Below are positions 48,929 through 58,914 of a DNA stretch of 64,000 nt, in pieces. Numbering within the stretch: the stretch's first letter is position 1; each line of letters begins with the position of its first letter. The stretch is taken from IMG/VR virus record IMGVR_UViG_3300021373_003070; one strand, written 5' to 3'. Made by a program: the position numbers and the translations under genes. A model generated the notes under the pieces. That model made no database searches. It worked only from the letters and a program-made list of their open reading frames with translations, and was not told the DNA's origin. Origin of the DNA: a virus.

Positions 48929-49984
48929 ATGTCTGAAGAAATGAACTACGAGGTAGAAGAGACAGTAGATGTTGAACAAGAGGAATCTCTTGAAGAAGCA
49001 TCAGCTGCTCAAGCTTCGCTTAAGCCTTCAGCGACCAAAACACAGATGCTTGGCGATCTGATGTCTAAAGTTGCTGGCATGACAAAGCAGGACTTATCTG
49101 CTTTTCTAGACAAAACTCTCGCCCAAGTTGGTAAGGAAGCTGATTCAGTTCCTGACACTTCTGGCAAGAATGCGTCTTCAGTATCAAACAGCGGCGCTGG
49201 TGTACCTTCACCACGTGTAGCTGTTCCTGCTAAAGCTATGAAAGAAGATTTGGAAGATTTATTCGGAGATCAAGAAGATCTATCCGAAGATTTCCGTGTA
49301 CGTGCAACTACAATCTTCGAAGCTGCAGTAAACAATCGTGTACAACTAGAAATGGTTCGTATGGAAGAAGAAGCCGAAGCTGCAATTGAAGCTGGCATTT
49401 CTGAGTCTGTATCAGAGCTACACGAGCAAGTAGAAAAGTACATGGATTATGTTGTTGAGAAGTGGATGGAAGAAAATGCCGTTGCTCTCGAAAACAACTT
49501 CCGTGTTCAGGCCACCGAGTCTTTCATCGATGGTCTTAAGAATCTTTTTGCCGAGAGCTACGTTGAAGTTCCCGAAGAAAAGATCGATCTCGTTGACGAG
49601 CTGCAAAGCTATGTCGCCGAGCTCGAAGAATCCTTAGAAGTAATTGAAGCAGAAAATGTCGAATTGACTAAGGTGATCAGCGAAGCAACAGTTGAAGCTG
49701 CTTTTGAAGACGTGTCCGAAGGTTTAGTTGATACGCAAGTTGAAAAACTTCGTACACTAGCTGAAGGCGTTGAATACGCTAATGCTGATGAGTATGCAGA
49801 AAAACTCAAGATCATTAAGGAACAGTATTTCACTGAGTCTAAGAAAGAAAACGAAGGATCTACTGGGCTAATTAATGAAGAAGTTTCTGTAGGTTCTAAT
49901 GATGAGATTTCAGAAAATGAGCAACGTGTCCACCCAGACATGGCGCCATATTTTGATGCATTGTCTCGAACCGCTAGAAAATAA
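48929..49984 (+). CDS. gp22: Prohead core scaffold protein
   Basis: LSEDF..ATTIFEAAV..YMDYVVE.W..EN; lies between gp21 and gp23. Confidence 0.93.
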   Translation: MSEEMNYEVEETVDVEQEESLEEASAAQASLKPSATKTQMLGDLMSKVAGMTKQDLSAFLDKTLAQVGKEADSVPDTSGKNASSVSNSGAGVPSPRVAVPAKAMKEDLEDLFGDQEDLSEDFRVRATTIFEAAVNNRVQLEMVRMEEEAEAAIEAGISESVSELHEQVEKYMDYVVEKWMEENAVALENNFRVQATESFIDGLKNLFAESYVEVPEEKIDLVDELQSYVAELEESLEVIEAENVELTKVISEATVEAAFEDVSEGLVDTQVEKLRTLAEGVEYANADEYAEKLKIIKEQYFTESKKENEGSTGLINEEVSVGSNDEISENEQRVHPDMAPYFDALSRTARK

Positions 49985-49990
49985 CTTTTT

Positions 49991-49998
49991 TATAAATA
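49991..49998 (+). promoter_or_regulatory. Late promoter for gp23
   Basis: Intergenic TATAAATA. Confidence 0.88.
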
Positions 49999-50039
49999 GT
50001 TAACAGTAAATCTAAAAATCCCAATAGGAGTTAAGCCAC

Positions 50040-51356
50040 ATGAATTTAAATGAACAAATTCAATCTAAGTGGGCACCAGTGATCTCGCATCCTGATCTTC
50101 CCGAGATCTCTGACCCCCATCGCCGTGCTGTAACAGCAATGGTTCTCGAAAACACAGAGAAAGCTCTGCGTGAGAATGCTGCTGTCGGCGCTTCACAGCA
50201 ACTTATGGAAGCACCAACCATGACCACCGACGGTGGAATGGGTTCTGCTGCCACTGGTAACATCAAAGGTTTTGATCCTATCCTGATCAGCCTTGTACGT
50301 CGTACTCTGCCTAACTTGATGGCATACGACGTCTGTGGTGTACAGCCAATGACTGGTCCAACTGGCCTCATCTTTGCAATGCGTTCACAGTACGCTGTTG
50401 ATCCTGCAAACAACGATACATGGTCAGAGGCTATGTACGACGAAGCCGACACTGACTTCTCTGGTAACACTACACCTGCTCACGCTGGTAACTCTCAAAC
50501 TGGTGCACACGGTATCGGTATGGAGACTAGCACTGCTGAAGGTCTTGGTGACGGTACCAACCCTGACTTCGGTGAGATGGCGTTTAGCATCGACAAGGTA
50601 ACTGTAACAGCTCGCAGCCGTGCGCTGAAGGCAGATTACAGCTTAGAGCTCGCACAAGACTTGAAAGCAGTACACGGTCTTGACGCTGAAGCTGAGCTTA
50701 GCAACATCCTTGCTGCTGAGATCCTGGCTGAAATCAACCGCGAAGTTATTCGTACAGTAAACAAGTCAGCTGTTGCTGGTTCACAAGGTTCTGTTACAAC
50801 TAACGGTACTTTTGACCTTGACGTTGACGCTTCTGGCCGTTGGTCAGTTGAAAAGTTCAAGGGCCTTATGTTCCACATCGAGCGCGAAGCAAACCGCGTC
50901 GCTAAAGACACTCGTCGTGGTAAGGCTAACATCATCATCTGTTCTTCTGACGTAGCTTCAGCTCTTCAGATGGCTGGTGTCCTTGACTACACTCCTGCTC
51001 TTAACAGCAACAACCTCGCAATCGACGATACTGGTAACACATTCGCTGGTGTATTGAATGGCCGTTTCCGCGTATACATCGATCCATATGCAACTACTAA
51101 CTACATGAACATCGGCTATAAGGGTTCAGGCGCATTTGACGCTGGTATCTTCTACTGCCCCTATGTTCCACTGCAGATGGTACGTGCGGTTGACCAAGAC
51201 ACTTTCCAGCCTAAGATTGGATTCAAGACTCGCTACGGCATGGTCGCTAATCCTTTCGCTCCATCAGTACAGGGTACTCCTGCAGTTGGAGATGGTTCAT
51301 TGTCTGCTGGTACTAACGGATACTACCGTATCTCTACAGTCCAGAACTTGCTATAA
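50040..51356 (+). CDS. gp23: Major capsid protein
   Basis: GVQPMTGPTGLIFAMRS..ELAQDLKAVHGLDAE..FQPKIGFKTRYG. Confidence 0.98.
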   Translation: MNLNEQIQSKWAPVISHPDLPEISDPHRRAVTAMVLENTEKALRENAAVGASQQLMEAPTMTTDGGMGSAATGNIKGFDPILISLVRRTLPNLMAYDVCGVQPMTGPTGLIFAMRSQYAVDPANNDTWSEAMYDEADTDFSGNTTPAHAGNSQTGAHGIGMETSTAEGLGDGTNPDFGEMAFSIDKVTVTARSRALKADYSLELAQDLKAVHGLDAEAELSNILAAEILAEINREVIRTVNKSAVAGSQGSVTTNGTFDLDVDASGRWSVEKFKGLMFHIEREANRVAKDTRRGKANIIICSSDVASALQMAGVLDYTPALNSNNLAIDDTGNTFAGVLNGRFRVYIDPYATTNYMNIGYKGSGAFDAGIFYCPYVPLQMVRAVDQDTFQPKIGFKTRYGMVANPFAPSVQGTPAVGDGSLSAGTNGYYRISTVQNLL

Positions 51357-51404
51357 CAATAATAATAGCAATCGACCTCGCATTGGTCTGAAATGCGAAT
51401 TTAT

Positions 51405-51430
51405 AGGGGATCTTCGGATCCCCTTTTTTT
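51405..51430 (+). terminator. Intrinsic terminator after gp23
   Basis: AGGGGATC-TTCG-GATCCCCT followed by a T-run. Confidence 0.9.
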
Positions 51431-51434
51431 GTCT

Positions 51435-51464
51435 GTGTACCTTGCATAAATAGTACTGTATAAT
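51435..51464 (+). promoter_or_regulatory. Early/sigma70-like promoter GTGTAC-N18-TATAAT with a nested late-like CATAAATA
   Basis: Same geometry as the promoters at 51949 and 58854; CATAAATA at 51445-51452. Confidence 0.6.
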
Positions 51465-51481
51465 CTATTCATGGATATGAT

Positions 51482-51964
51482 ATGACTACATTCAATAAAA
51501 ACATGTTATCTCCTCTTGGCTTTACATTCGAAGTCAAGAAGCTGCCTGGTTTCAATCACTTCGTACAAGCTGTTTCAATACCGGGCGTAACATTAGGTCA
51601 ATCTGAAATACCAACACCGCTCAAAGCAATGCCTATCTATGGCGATCACTTGACATATAGCGAATTGGTTGTAGACTTTAAGGTCAATGAGGATCTGAGT
51701 AACTATATTGAAATCTTCAACTGGATCAAAGGTCTTGGTTTTCCAGATGACTTTCAACAATTCAAAGAGCTCGATCAAAAAGAATCTGACTGCAATCTCA
51801 TGATCATGTCGAGCAATATGAATCCCCTTGTAAGAGTCGACTTTCTCGATGCATTCCCTGTTTCTCTGACTGATATTCGAATGGATTCAAAGGATACCGC
51901 AGTGGAATACATCGAAGCTACGGCTACATTTAAGTTCCTCAATTATACGTTTACAAGTCTATAA
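51482..51964 (+). CDS. gp3: Tail completion protein gp3-like
   Basis: NMLSP.GF..F.Q...PG..G..L.Y..L..F.V.EDL.NY.EI.NW..AFP.SL. Confidence 0.88.
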   Translation: MTTFNKNMLSPLGFTFEVKKLPGFNHFVQAVSIPGVTLGQSEIPTPLKAMPIYGDHLTYSELVVDFKVNEDLSNYIEIFNWIKGLGFPDDFQQFKELDQKESDCNLMIMSSNMNPLVRVDFLDAFPVSLTDIRMDSKDTAVEYIEATATFKFLNYTFTSL

Positions 51965-51978
51965 AAGTATGGTAGAAT
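51949..51978 (+). promoter_or_regulatory. T4 early-like promoter GTTTAC-N18-TAGAAT upstream of uvsY
   Basis: GTTTAC -35 element, TG extension and TAGAAT -10 element. Confidence 0.65.
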
Positions 51979-52004
51979 AGCCTTTTATTGTACGTAAACA
52001 CATT

Positions 52005-52442
52005 ATGACATTAGATGAAATTTTCGAAGAATGGTCAAGTGATACACAAATAGATCATACAGAGTTAGGTAATGCGGCATTAGAGCTAGCCAAATTACAT
52101 CATAAGTATTATCGAATGTTATCACGTGAAAGACTTCATGGCAAAAAACTCGAAGCCGATATCAAGCAACTAAAACTTGAGAAAACGGAGTTTTACCAAG
52201 ATGGACCTACTGAAGAGCATATTGAAAAAGGCTGGAAGCTTCCTGCTAAAGGACGAATACTACGTTCCGATGTTGGAAATTATGTTGATAGTGACAGCGA
52301 TATTATTGCTGCTAACTTAAAGCTAGCCTATCAAAATGAGAAGGTGAATTTATTGCAAGACATTATTAAGACGATTTCTAATCGTGGATTTCATATTAAA
52401 TCTGCGATAGATTGGGAGCGCTTCAAAACGGGATCTATATAA
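52005..52442 (+). CDS. uvsY: Recombination mediator UvsY
   Basis: W..D..ID..L..LH.KY..I.NRGF.IK.AIDW.RF; upstream of uvsW. Confidence 0.9.
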   Translation: MTLDEIFEEWSSDTQIDHTELGNAALELAKLHHKYYRMLSRERLHGKKLEADIKQLKLEKTEFYQDGPTEEHIEKGWKLPAKGRILRSDVGNYVDSDSDIIAANLKLAYQNEKVNLLQDIIKTISNRGFHIKSAIDWERFKTGSI

Positions 52443-52522
52443 TGGAATTTAGTGACATGGTAAGTAAGAGTAGATCTAATATGTCAAGATATCATTTTGA
52501 TAATTGCAAAAATAAATTATGA
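52442..52522 (+). pseudogene. 26-aa minigene, probable homing-endonuclease remnant
   Basis: MEFSDMVSKSRSNMSRYHFDNCKNKL*; the MxRxHFDNCK motif; TAATG and ATGA overlaps. Confidence 0.5.
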
Positions 52523-53964
52523 TTAGAATTCGTAAAGTCAATGAGGTATACAATCAAGTACTCGTTGACGATATGGGCATCGCTCAAGAAATCTCAGACT
52601 ATTTTACATTCCAAGTACCCGGCGCACAGTTTATGCCAGCGTACCGTAATCGTATGTGGGATGGGAAGGTCAGGCTGTACAATACATCTACACAGATGTT
52701 GTATTCAGGTTTAAATAATTACGTTCAGATATTTGCCAAAGAACGCGATTATGATGTCACATATGAATACGATAATTCTGCCAATGAGTTCTCTGTCGTA
52801 GAAGCCAAGCAATTCCTCAAAGATCAGAAGTTTACACTTGAACCTCGCGACTATCAAATCGAAGCATTCGTTGATGCTGTTCGTTATAATCGTGGTCTGT
52901 TCTTATCTCCAACGGCATCTGGTAAGTCGTTTATCATTTATATGATTATGCGTTGGCATCTCAAGCAGACACTACTCATCGTCCCCACGACTACTCTCGT
53001 CCATCAGATGTATTCAGACTTTCAGGATTATGGTTTTAACTCAGAAAAATATTGTCATAAGATTTATTCAGGTCAGGATAAAAAGACAGATAAGCCTATT
53101 GTCATCACCACGTGGCAGTCTATCTACAAACTACGTAAGGATTTCTTCAAACAATTTGATGTAGTCATTGGTGACGAAGCGCACCTCTTCAAAGCTAAGT
53201 CACTGACATCGATACTGACTAAGTTAGAAGATTGCAAATATCGATATGGCTTTACAGGTACACTCGATGGATCACAAACACATAAGCTAGTCCTCGAAGG
53301 TTTATTCGGTCCATGTCAACAGGTCACAACAACCAAAAAGCTGATGGATCAAAAACATCTTGCTGACTTTAAGATCAAAATACTGGCGCTCAAATATCCA
53401 GATGAGATACGAAAAGTCGTTGCAAAGATGAACTATCAGGATGAAATGGACTATCTGGTGGCGTGTGAAGCACGCAACAAATTCATTAAGAACCTTGCTC
53501 TATCGCTTGAAGGTAATACGCTTTTACTGTTTCAATATGTTGAAAAACATGGTAGAATATTACAAGATATGGTCGAGAAAGAAGCAGGTGATCGTAGAGT
53601 ATTTTTTATACACGGAGGTGTCAAAGGTGAAGAAAGAGACGAAATCAGAGGAATCGTCGAAAAAGAAACCAACGCTATCATTATTGCTTCTTATGGGACT
53701 TTTAGCACTGGGGTTAATATCCGAAATCTACATTCTATTATATTCGGATCACCTTCTAAATCCAAGATACGAAATCTTCAGTCTATAGGACGAGGACTAC
53801 GTAAGTCAGATACAAAAGAATCCGCCGTGCTATATGATATAGCAGATGATTTATCATGGAAGAGTACAAGTAACTATACACTTAAACATCTCATGGAAAG
53901 AGTAAAAGTGTATGACGAAGAAAAGTTTGATTATAAACTCTATAGCATAGGAATCAGTGGGTGA
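52519..53964 (+). CDS. uvsW: SF2 DNA helicase UvsW
   Basis: PRDYQ, SPTASGKS, DEAH, GFTGT, QSIGRGLR. Confidence 0.96.
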   Translation: MIRIRKVNEVYNQVLVDDMGIAQEISDYFTFQVPGAQFMPAYRNRMWDGKVRLYNTSTQMLYSGLNNYVQIFAKERDYDVTYEYDNSANEFSVVEAKQFLKDQKFTLEPRDYQIEAFVDAVRYNRGLFLSPTASGKSFIIYMIMRWHLKQTLLIVPTTTLVHQMYSDFQDYGFNSEKYCHKIYSGQDKKTDKPIVITTWQSIYKLRKDFFKQFDVVIGDEAHLFKAKSLTSILTKLEDCKYRYGFTGTLDGSQTHKLVLEGLFGPCQQVTTTKKLMDQKHLADFKIKILALKYPDEIRKVVAKMNYQDEMDYLVACEARNKFIKNLALSLEGNTLLLFQYVEKHGRILQDMVEKEAGDRRVFFIHGGVKGEERDEIRGIVEKETNAIIIASYGTFSTGVNIRNLHSIIFGSPSKSKIRNLQSIGRGLRKSDTKESAVLYDIADDLSWKSTSNYTLKHLMERVKVYDEEKFDYKLYSIGISG

Positions 53965-54341
53965 TAGTAGTTGTAAAAATGAAGAGCGGCGATTTTATTA
54001 TGGGCAATCTTACAATCACTCATGAATCGAGCATCGAACTAAAGGATGCACTGATCGTTGAAATTGGCAAGAATCCTGCCGGTATCACTGTATACTTCTA
54101 TAAGTATTGTCCATTTAATACCTCATTCGATATCTCTTTGCAGAAAACAGAAATATCTAATATATTTGATGATCCTATTCCATCGTTGTCAGATTATTAT
54201 AAAGCGCAATGCAAAATACTAAAGCGCACATATGATTTAAAGCTTGAACAGGATGAACAAGACGAAGAGGATGAGCTAGAGGATGATCCATCTTACGAAG
54301 CCTTTTTTGAAAAATTGAAGACAGACCCGGAGGTACACTAG
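53961..54341 (+). CDS. Conserved hypothetical protein between uvsW and gp55
   Basis: VVKMKSGD.I.G Sm-like start and an acidic tail. Confidence 0.65.
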   Translation: MIVVVKMKSGDFIMGNLTITHESSIELKDALIVEIGKNPAGITVYFYKYCPFNTSFDISLQKTEISNIFDDPIPSLSDYYKAQCKILKRTYDLKLEQDEQDEEDELEDDPSYEAFFEKLKTDPEVH

Positions 54342-54850
54342 TGGCCAATTATATCAACAACAAAGAATTTTATGCATTGCTTGTAGATTACAAAGCAAAG
54401 TGCAATGAAGCTGACCTGAACAGTCAGCCAACGCCTCGTATTCCTGAGGACATTGGCAAATGCTTTATGATGATCGCTACTAAGTTATCGACGAAGGCCA
54501 ATTTCTCTGGCTACACATATAAAGATGAGATGATATGTGATGCTCTCGAAAACTGCATCGTGGCTGTGCATAGTTTCAATCCTGAAAAGTCTAAAAATCC
54601 ATTCGCTTACTTTACTCAAATCATTTGGTATGCATTTCTACGCCGCATCGAGAAAGAAAAGAAACAAACATATGTCAAGTACAAATCTCTCGAGCAATTG
54701 GTTGTCGATGCTGATCTCTTAGAAGACGATAACTATAAGAATTTTGATATCGCCAACGAGAAGATGAAACCTATTATTGATAAATTTGAACAAAAGAAAG
54801 CGAAGAAGCCACCTGAGAAAAAAGGTTTAGAGAAGTTTACAGATGAGTAA
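54341..54850 (+). CDS. gp55: Late transcription sigma factor
   Basis: YINNKEF..NFSGYTYKDEMI.D..ENC..FNPEKSKNPFAYFTQI..AF.RRI.KEK. Confidence 0.96.
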   Translation: MANYINNKEFYALLVDYKAKCNEADLNSQPTPRIPEDIGKCFMMIATKLSTKANFSGYTYKDEMICDALENCIVAVHSFNPEKSKNPFAYFTQIIWYAFLRRIEKEKKQTYVKYKSLEQLVVDADLLEDDNYKNFDIANEKMKPIIDKFEQKKAKKPPEKKGLEKFTDE

Positions 54851-55004
54851 AGCTTGGTTAGTATGGAAGTATGCCATCGGATCATTTTCTGATGACAAGA
54901 CTGAAAACTATGATGACATTGTGGCGATAATTAGGACACTGGTTGTGCTGGTTAACTTCGTCACATGTTTTTTTATTATGAGCAACGTGGTGCATAACTG
55001 GTGA
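54843..55004 (+). CDS. Small membrane protein (53 aa, not in the ORF track)
   Basis: MSKAWLVWKYAIGSFSDDKTENYDDIVAIIRT...NVVHNW*; overlaps both neighbours; one hydrophobic helix. Confidence 0.7.
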   Translation: MSKAWLVWKYAIGSFSDDKTENYDDIVAIIRTLVVLVNFVTCFFIMSNVVHNW

Positions 55005-56056
55005 AGATAGCATTAATTACAGATCAACATTTCGGCGCACGAAATGATTCAATACAATTTCATGAGTACTACAAAAAATTCTACGACGAGTATTTCTTTC
55101 CTATACTTGCTGAAAATAACGTCGATACAATTGTGGAGTTAGGAGATATATTCGATCGCCGTAAGTATGTCAACTTCGATACACTATATCGAGCGAGAGA
55201 ATACTTCTTCGATCCTATCATCAACAATGGATATCAGCTTCATTGCATCGTTGGTAATCATGACATCTACTTTAAGAATACAAATCGTGTAAACGCACCT
55301 ACTCTTCTTGTTGATGAGGCTGGTGATAATATACATGTATATGATGATCCAACTGTTGCCAACTTTGATGGGTTGAACATCTTATTGATGCCGTGGATCA
55401 ACAACGAAAACTATAATGATGCGATGCATTATATCGAGAATAGTGGATGTCAAGTTTGTCTTGGCCATCTCGAGCTGAAAGGTTTCGAGATGTACAAAGG
55501 CGCCGTGATTGATGCTGGATTGCCACACGGCGTGTTTAAAAAGTTTGATATGGTAATGTCCGGACACTTCCATCATAAGTCTACACGAGATAACGTGCAC
55601 TATCTAGGCGCACCATATGAAATGACGTGGTCAGATTATAACGACGATCGTGGTTTTCACATCTTCGATACAGATACTCGCGAACTGACGTACTATAAAA
55701 ATCCATACACGATGTTCAATAAGGTGTACTATGATGATCTAGAAGGTGAGAAAGTATTAGAGCAAACTTTCGGGCATCTTACAAATACCTATGTCAAGGT
55801 CATCGTAAAAAATAAAGATAATCCATATCTATTTGACCTGTTTATTGACAAACTCAATAGTGCCAATCCTGCTCATGCTCAGGTAGTGGAAGACAACTTC
55901 CATCTCGATATGGAAGACGACGACACCATAGTTGATGAGGCTGAAGACACGATCACAATCATCAACAAGTATATCGATAATCTACAACTCCAAAACAGCA
56001 AACCAATGAGTGATCTATTTTACGATCTATATCATGAGGTGATAAGTGCAGAATGA
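55001..56056 (+). CDS. gp47: Recombination endonuclease subunit (Mre11/SbcD-like)
   Basis: DQHFG, LGDIFD, GNHD and GHFH phosphoesterase motifs. Confidence 0.96.
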   Translation: MKIALITDQHFGARNDSIQFHEYYKKFYDEYFFPILAENNVDTIVELGDIFDRRKYVNFDTLYRAREYFFDPIINNGYQLHCIVGNHDIYFKNTNRVNAPTLLVDEAGDNIHVYDDPTVANFDGLNILLMPWINNENYNDAMHYIENSGCQVCLGHLELKGFEMYKGAVIDAGLPHGVFKKFDMVMSGHFHHKSTRDNVHYLGAPYEMTWSDYNDDRGFHIFDTDTRELTYYKNPYTMFNKVYYDDLEGEKVLEQTFGHLTNTYVKVIVKNKDNPYLFDLFIDKLNSANPAHAQVVEDNFHLDMEDDDTIVDEAEDTITIINKYIDNLQLQNSKPMSDLFYDLYHEVISAE

Positions 56057-56489
56057 AGTCATAGCTACCGATGCTGTACCTCACGAATGTGATGGATGCA
56101 TAGGATGTTGTGATGGTACTTTATCACATCGCTATGTGACACAGTCCGGTAAACAATTATATTGTGATAATGATGCCGCGTGCGATTATTGTGGACCATC
56201 AGGTTGTCTAGGATATGACGATAGACCACAAGGTTGTGATGAGTTCCAATGTTACTGGAAACAAGATTCTGGTTTGCCAATGTGGTTGAACCCCAAAGAA
56301 TGTGGATTCATGATTTTACCTTATCCGAAAGACGGTGGCAATTACTTTACGATCAAAGAGATAAAATCATATGACTTGAATTGGTCTTCGTTGTTGTGGG
56401 CATTGGCTTGGGCTAATGAGACTCATAAAAATGTGTACACTATTTTGGCAAAACAAGGTACAATGTACTTTGAAAACGAACGCGAGTAA
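56046..56489 (+). CDS. Cys-rich YkgJ-like metal/Fe-S cluster protein
   Basis: CDGCIGCC..C..C..Y..RP..C..F.C.W. Confidence 0.65.
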   Translation: MQNEVIATDAVPHECDGCIGCCDGTLSHRYVTQSGKQLYCDNDAACDYCGPSGCLGYDDRPQGCDEFQCYWKQDSGLPMWLNPKECGFMILPYPKDGGNYFTIKEIKSYDLNWSSLLWALAWANETHKNVYTILAKQGTMYFENERE

Positions 56490-56491
56490 GT

Positions 56492-58192
56492 ATGTTATAT
56501 TTTAAGAAGATTCGTTGGCAGAATTTTTTGTCAACTGGTAATCAATTTACAGAGATATTGCTTAACAAATCACAATCTACATTGATCGTAGGTGAGAATG
56601 GCGCCGGCAAATCAACAATGCTGGACGCTATTTTGTTTGCGTTATATGGTAAGCCGTATCGAAACATCAATAAGCCTCAGCTAGTCAACAGCATCAATAA
56701 CAAGCATGCACTTGTCGAAATAGAATTTAGTACAAAGGGCAAAGACTACTTAGTTCGCAGAGGTATCAAACCGGCAAAGTTTGAGATCTTCTGCGACGAT
56801 AAGCTTGTTGATCAGAATGCAAGTGTCAAAGAGTATCAAGATTATCTCGAGAAGACTGTCCTCAAACTCAATCATAAGTCATTCACTCAAATCGTTGTGA
56901 TTGGTTCGGCCAACTTCGTACCATTTATGCAGATGAAAGTATGGGAACGACGTGATGTGATCGAAGATCTTCTTGATATCGAGATCTTTACGAAGATGAA
57001 CAACGCATTACGCGACCGCATATCCAAAAACAAAGACGAAGTCATCGAAGCAAAGTATCATATCGATCTGCTCAATGAAAAGATAGAGCTTACACGTAAG
57101 CATATGAACGAACTAGCGTCTATCAAAAAGTCTGATAAAGAAGCAAAAGAAAAACAGATCAAAGAACACAAACAACAACTGTCTGAGCTCACAGAAAAAT
57201 ACGAAGAGGTCAATGGTCAGGTAAAAGAATTACACGAAAGTATTTCTGACTATCAAAAGCTAAAGGATAAGAAGTCGCAACTCAATGAGTTGAAATATAA
57301 GCTTGATCATAAAGTCAAGACATTACACGAAGAGATTGATTTCTTTGAACACAATGACAATTGTCCAGCTTGCACACAACCTATCGATTCACATGTAAAA
57401 CAATGTGCCGTTGATGACAAGAACAGTAAGCGTGTTGAGTTGCAAGAAGCAGTCACACAGATGGATGAACACTTTAGTGAGGTTGAGAATAGACTTGAGC
57501 AGGTCATGGTTGTACAAGAAAAGATTCAAAGTCTCAACTCATCTCTTCTTAGTCTAAATAATGATATGCTATATCATTCCAATACGATCAAGAAATTGTC
57601 AGTTGAAGAGAAGAAACCAGAAGTCAAAGAAAATACAGATGACATGGCAGATTTGAAGGCTAAGCTAACTGCCAGTCAAGCATCTCATGAGTTTCTATTA
57701 TTTCAAAAAGAAACATATGAAATGGCATCATCACTGCTCAAAGACGGTGGTATCAAAGCAAAGATCATCAAACAATATGTACCTATCATCAACAAATTGA
57801 TGAATAAGTATTTAGCTGCCATGGAATTTTTTGTGCAGTTTGAGTTAGATGAACAGTTTAATGAGAAAATCAAGTCGCGATTCCGTGATGAGTTTACGTA
57901 CGACTCTTTTAGTGAAGGCGAGAAGATGCGTATTGATTTATCATTATTGTTTACTTGGCGAGCTGTAGCCAAGTTGCGTAATTCTATTACGACAAACCTG
58001 TTGATTATGGATGAGGTGTTTGACAGCTCTCTTGATAACACGGGTACAGATGAATTTATGAAACTGATTACGCAGTTGACTAGCGACACCAATGTGTTCG
58101 TGATTAGCCATAAAGGTGATCAACTATTTGATAAGTTTCATAGTAATATTAAATTTGAAAAGGTTAAAAATTTCTCGCAGATTGCTGCATAG
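56492..58192 (+). CDS. gp46: Recombination ATPase subunit (Rad50/SbcC-like)
   Basis: GENGAGKST, zinc hook CPAC, FSEGEK, DEVFD. Confidence 0.97.
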   Translation: MLYFKKIRWQNFLSTGNQFTEILLNKSQSTLIVGENGAGKSTMLDAILFALYGKPYRNINKPQLVNSINNKHALVEIEFSTKGKDYLVRRGIKPAKFEIFCDDKLVDQNASVKEYQDYLEKTVLKLNHKSFTQIVVIGSANFVPFMQMKVWERRDVIEDLLDIEIFTKMNNALRDRISKNKDEVIEAKYHIDLLNEKIELTRKHMNELASIKKSDKEAKEKQIKEHKQQLSELTEKYEEVNGQVKELHESISDYQKLKDKKSQLNELKYKLDHKVKTLHEEIDFFEHNDNCPACTQPIDSHVKQCAVDDKNSKRVELQEAVTQMDEHFSEVENRLEQVMVVQEKIQSLNSSLLSLNNDMLYHSNTIKKLSVEEKKPEVKENTDDMADLKAKLTASQASHEFLLFQKETYEMASSLLKDGGIKAKIIKQYVPIINKLMNKYLAAMEFFVQFELDEQFNEKIKSRFRDEFTYDSFSEGEKMRIDLSLLFTWRAVAKLRNSITTNLLIMDEVFDSSLDNTGTDEFMKLITQLTSDTNVFVISHKGDQLFDKFHSNIKFEKVKNFSQIAA

Positions 58193-58200
58193 GAGTCATC

Positions 58201-58377
58201 ATGTATAAGCTATATACAAAACTAAAAGAAGATCAAGAGTGGATTGCTGTTCTTGATGTCAAGCTCAGTCGAGTAAATAAAGTAGATCGTATTTTTATGA
58301 ACCGTGAAGAGGCTGAGGCGTTCGTTAAGCAACAAAACATTCCTGATAACATGTACAAAATTGAAGAACAAGAGTAG
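58201..58377 (+). CDS. Small hypothetical protein (58 aa, not in the ORF track)
   Basis: GGAG RBS; MYKLYTKLKEDQEW...EEQE*. Confidence 0.6.
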   Translation: MYKLYTKLKEDQEWIAVLDVKLSRVNKVDRIFMNREEAEAFVKQQNIPDNMYKIEEQE

Positions 58378-58404
58378 AATAGATACATCATTGAGGAGAA
58401 AATT

Positions 58405-58818
58405 ATGAGTAACGATTGGGCATCAGACATTCGATCTATGCATGACAAATATGGTGTACACGAATGGGTACAGGAAAATCCAGAAAAGCTACGTGAGTTC
58501 CTACAGTTCCGAATGAAGTTTATACAAGAGGAATTTAGCGAGACGCTCGAAGCAATCATCAATAATGATCCTGAAGAAATGGTCGACGGTCTTATTGATC
58601 TATGTGTTGTAGCTATCGGCACAATGGATGCATTTGGTATCGATGCTCATAAAGCGTGGAACGAGGTCTTCGCTGCCAACATGGCGAAAGAACGTGGTGT
58701 AAAAGAAACACGTCCTAATCCTCTCGGTCTACCAGATCTGATCAAGCCAGAAGGATGGCAAACACCATCACATGCCGGCAATCACGGCCTACTGGCTGAG
58801 ATGTCACGATCGGAATAA
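58405..58818 (+). CDS. MazG/PRA-PH-like nucleotide pyrophosphohydrolase
   Basis: EEFSE..EEMVDGLID..V..ANMAK..KPEGW. Confidence 0.8.
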   Translation: MSNDWASDIRSMHDKYGVHEWVQENPEKLREFLQFRMKFIQEEFSETLEAIINNDPEEMVDGLIDLCVVAIGTMDAFGIDAHKAWNEVFAANMAKERGVKETRPNPLGLPDLIKPEGWQTPSHAGNHGLLAEMSRSE

Positions 58819-58853
58819 CCGATTAATTTTGTGTTTTTTTGCTGAAAATAAGT

Positions 58854-58883
58854 GTGTACTTTTTCTTGATTATGCTGTAGAAT
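58854..58883 (+). promoter_or_regulatory. Early-like promoter GTGTAC-N18-TAGAAT
   Basis: Intergenic, with an AT-rich upstream element and the same geometry as 51435 and 51949. Confidence 0.65.
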
Positions 58884-58914
58884 AGACTAGTCAAATGGAA
58901 AAAGGTACACACTT

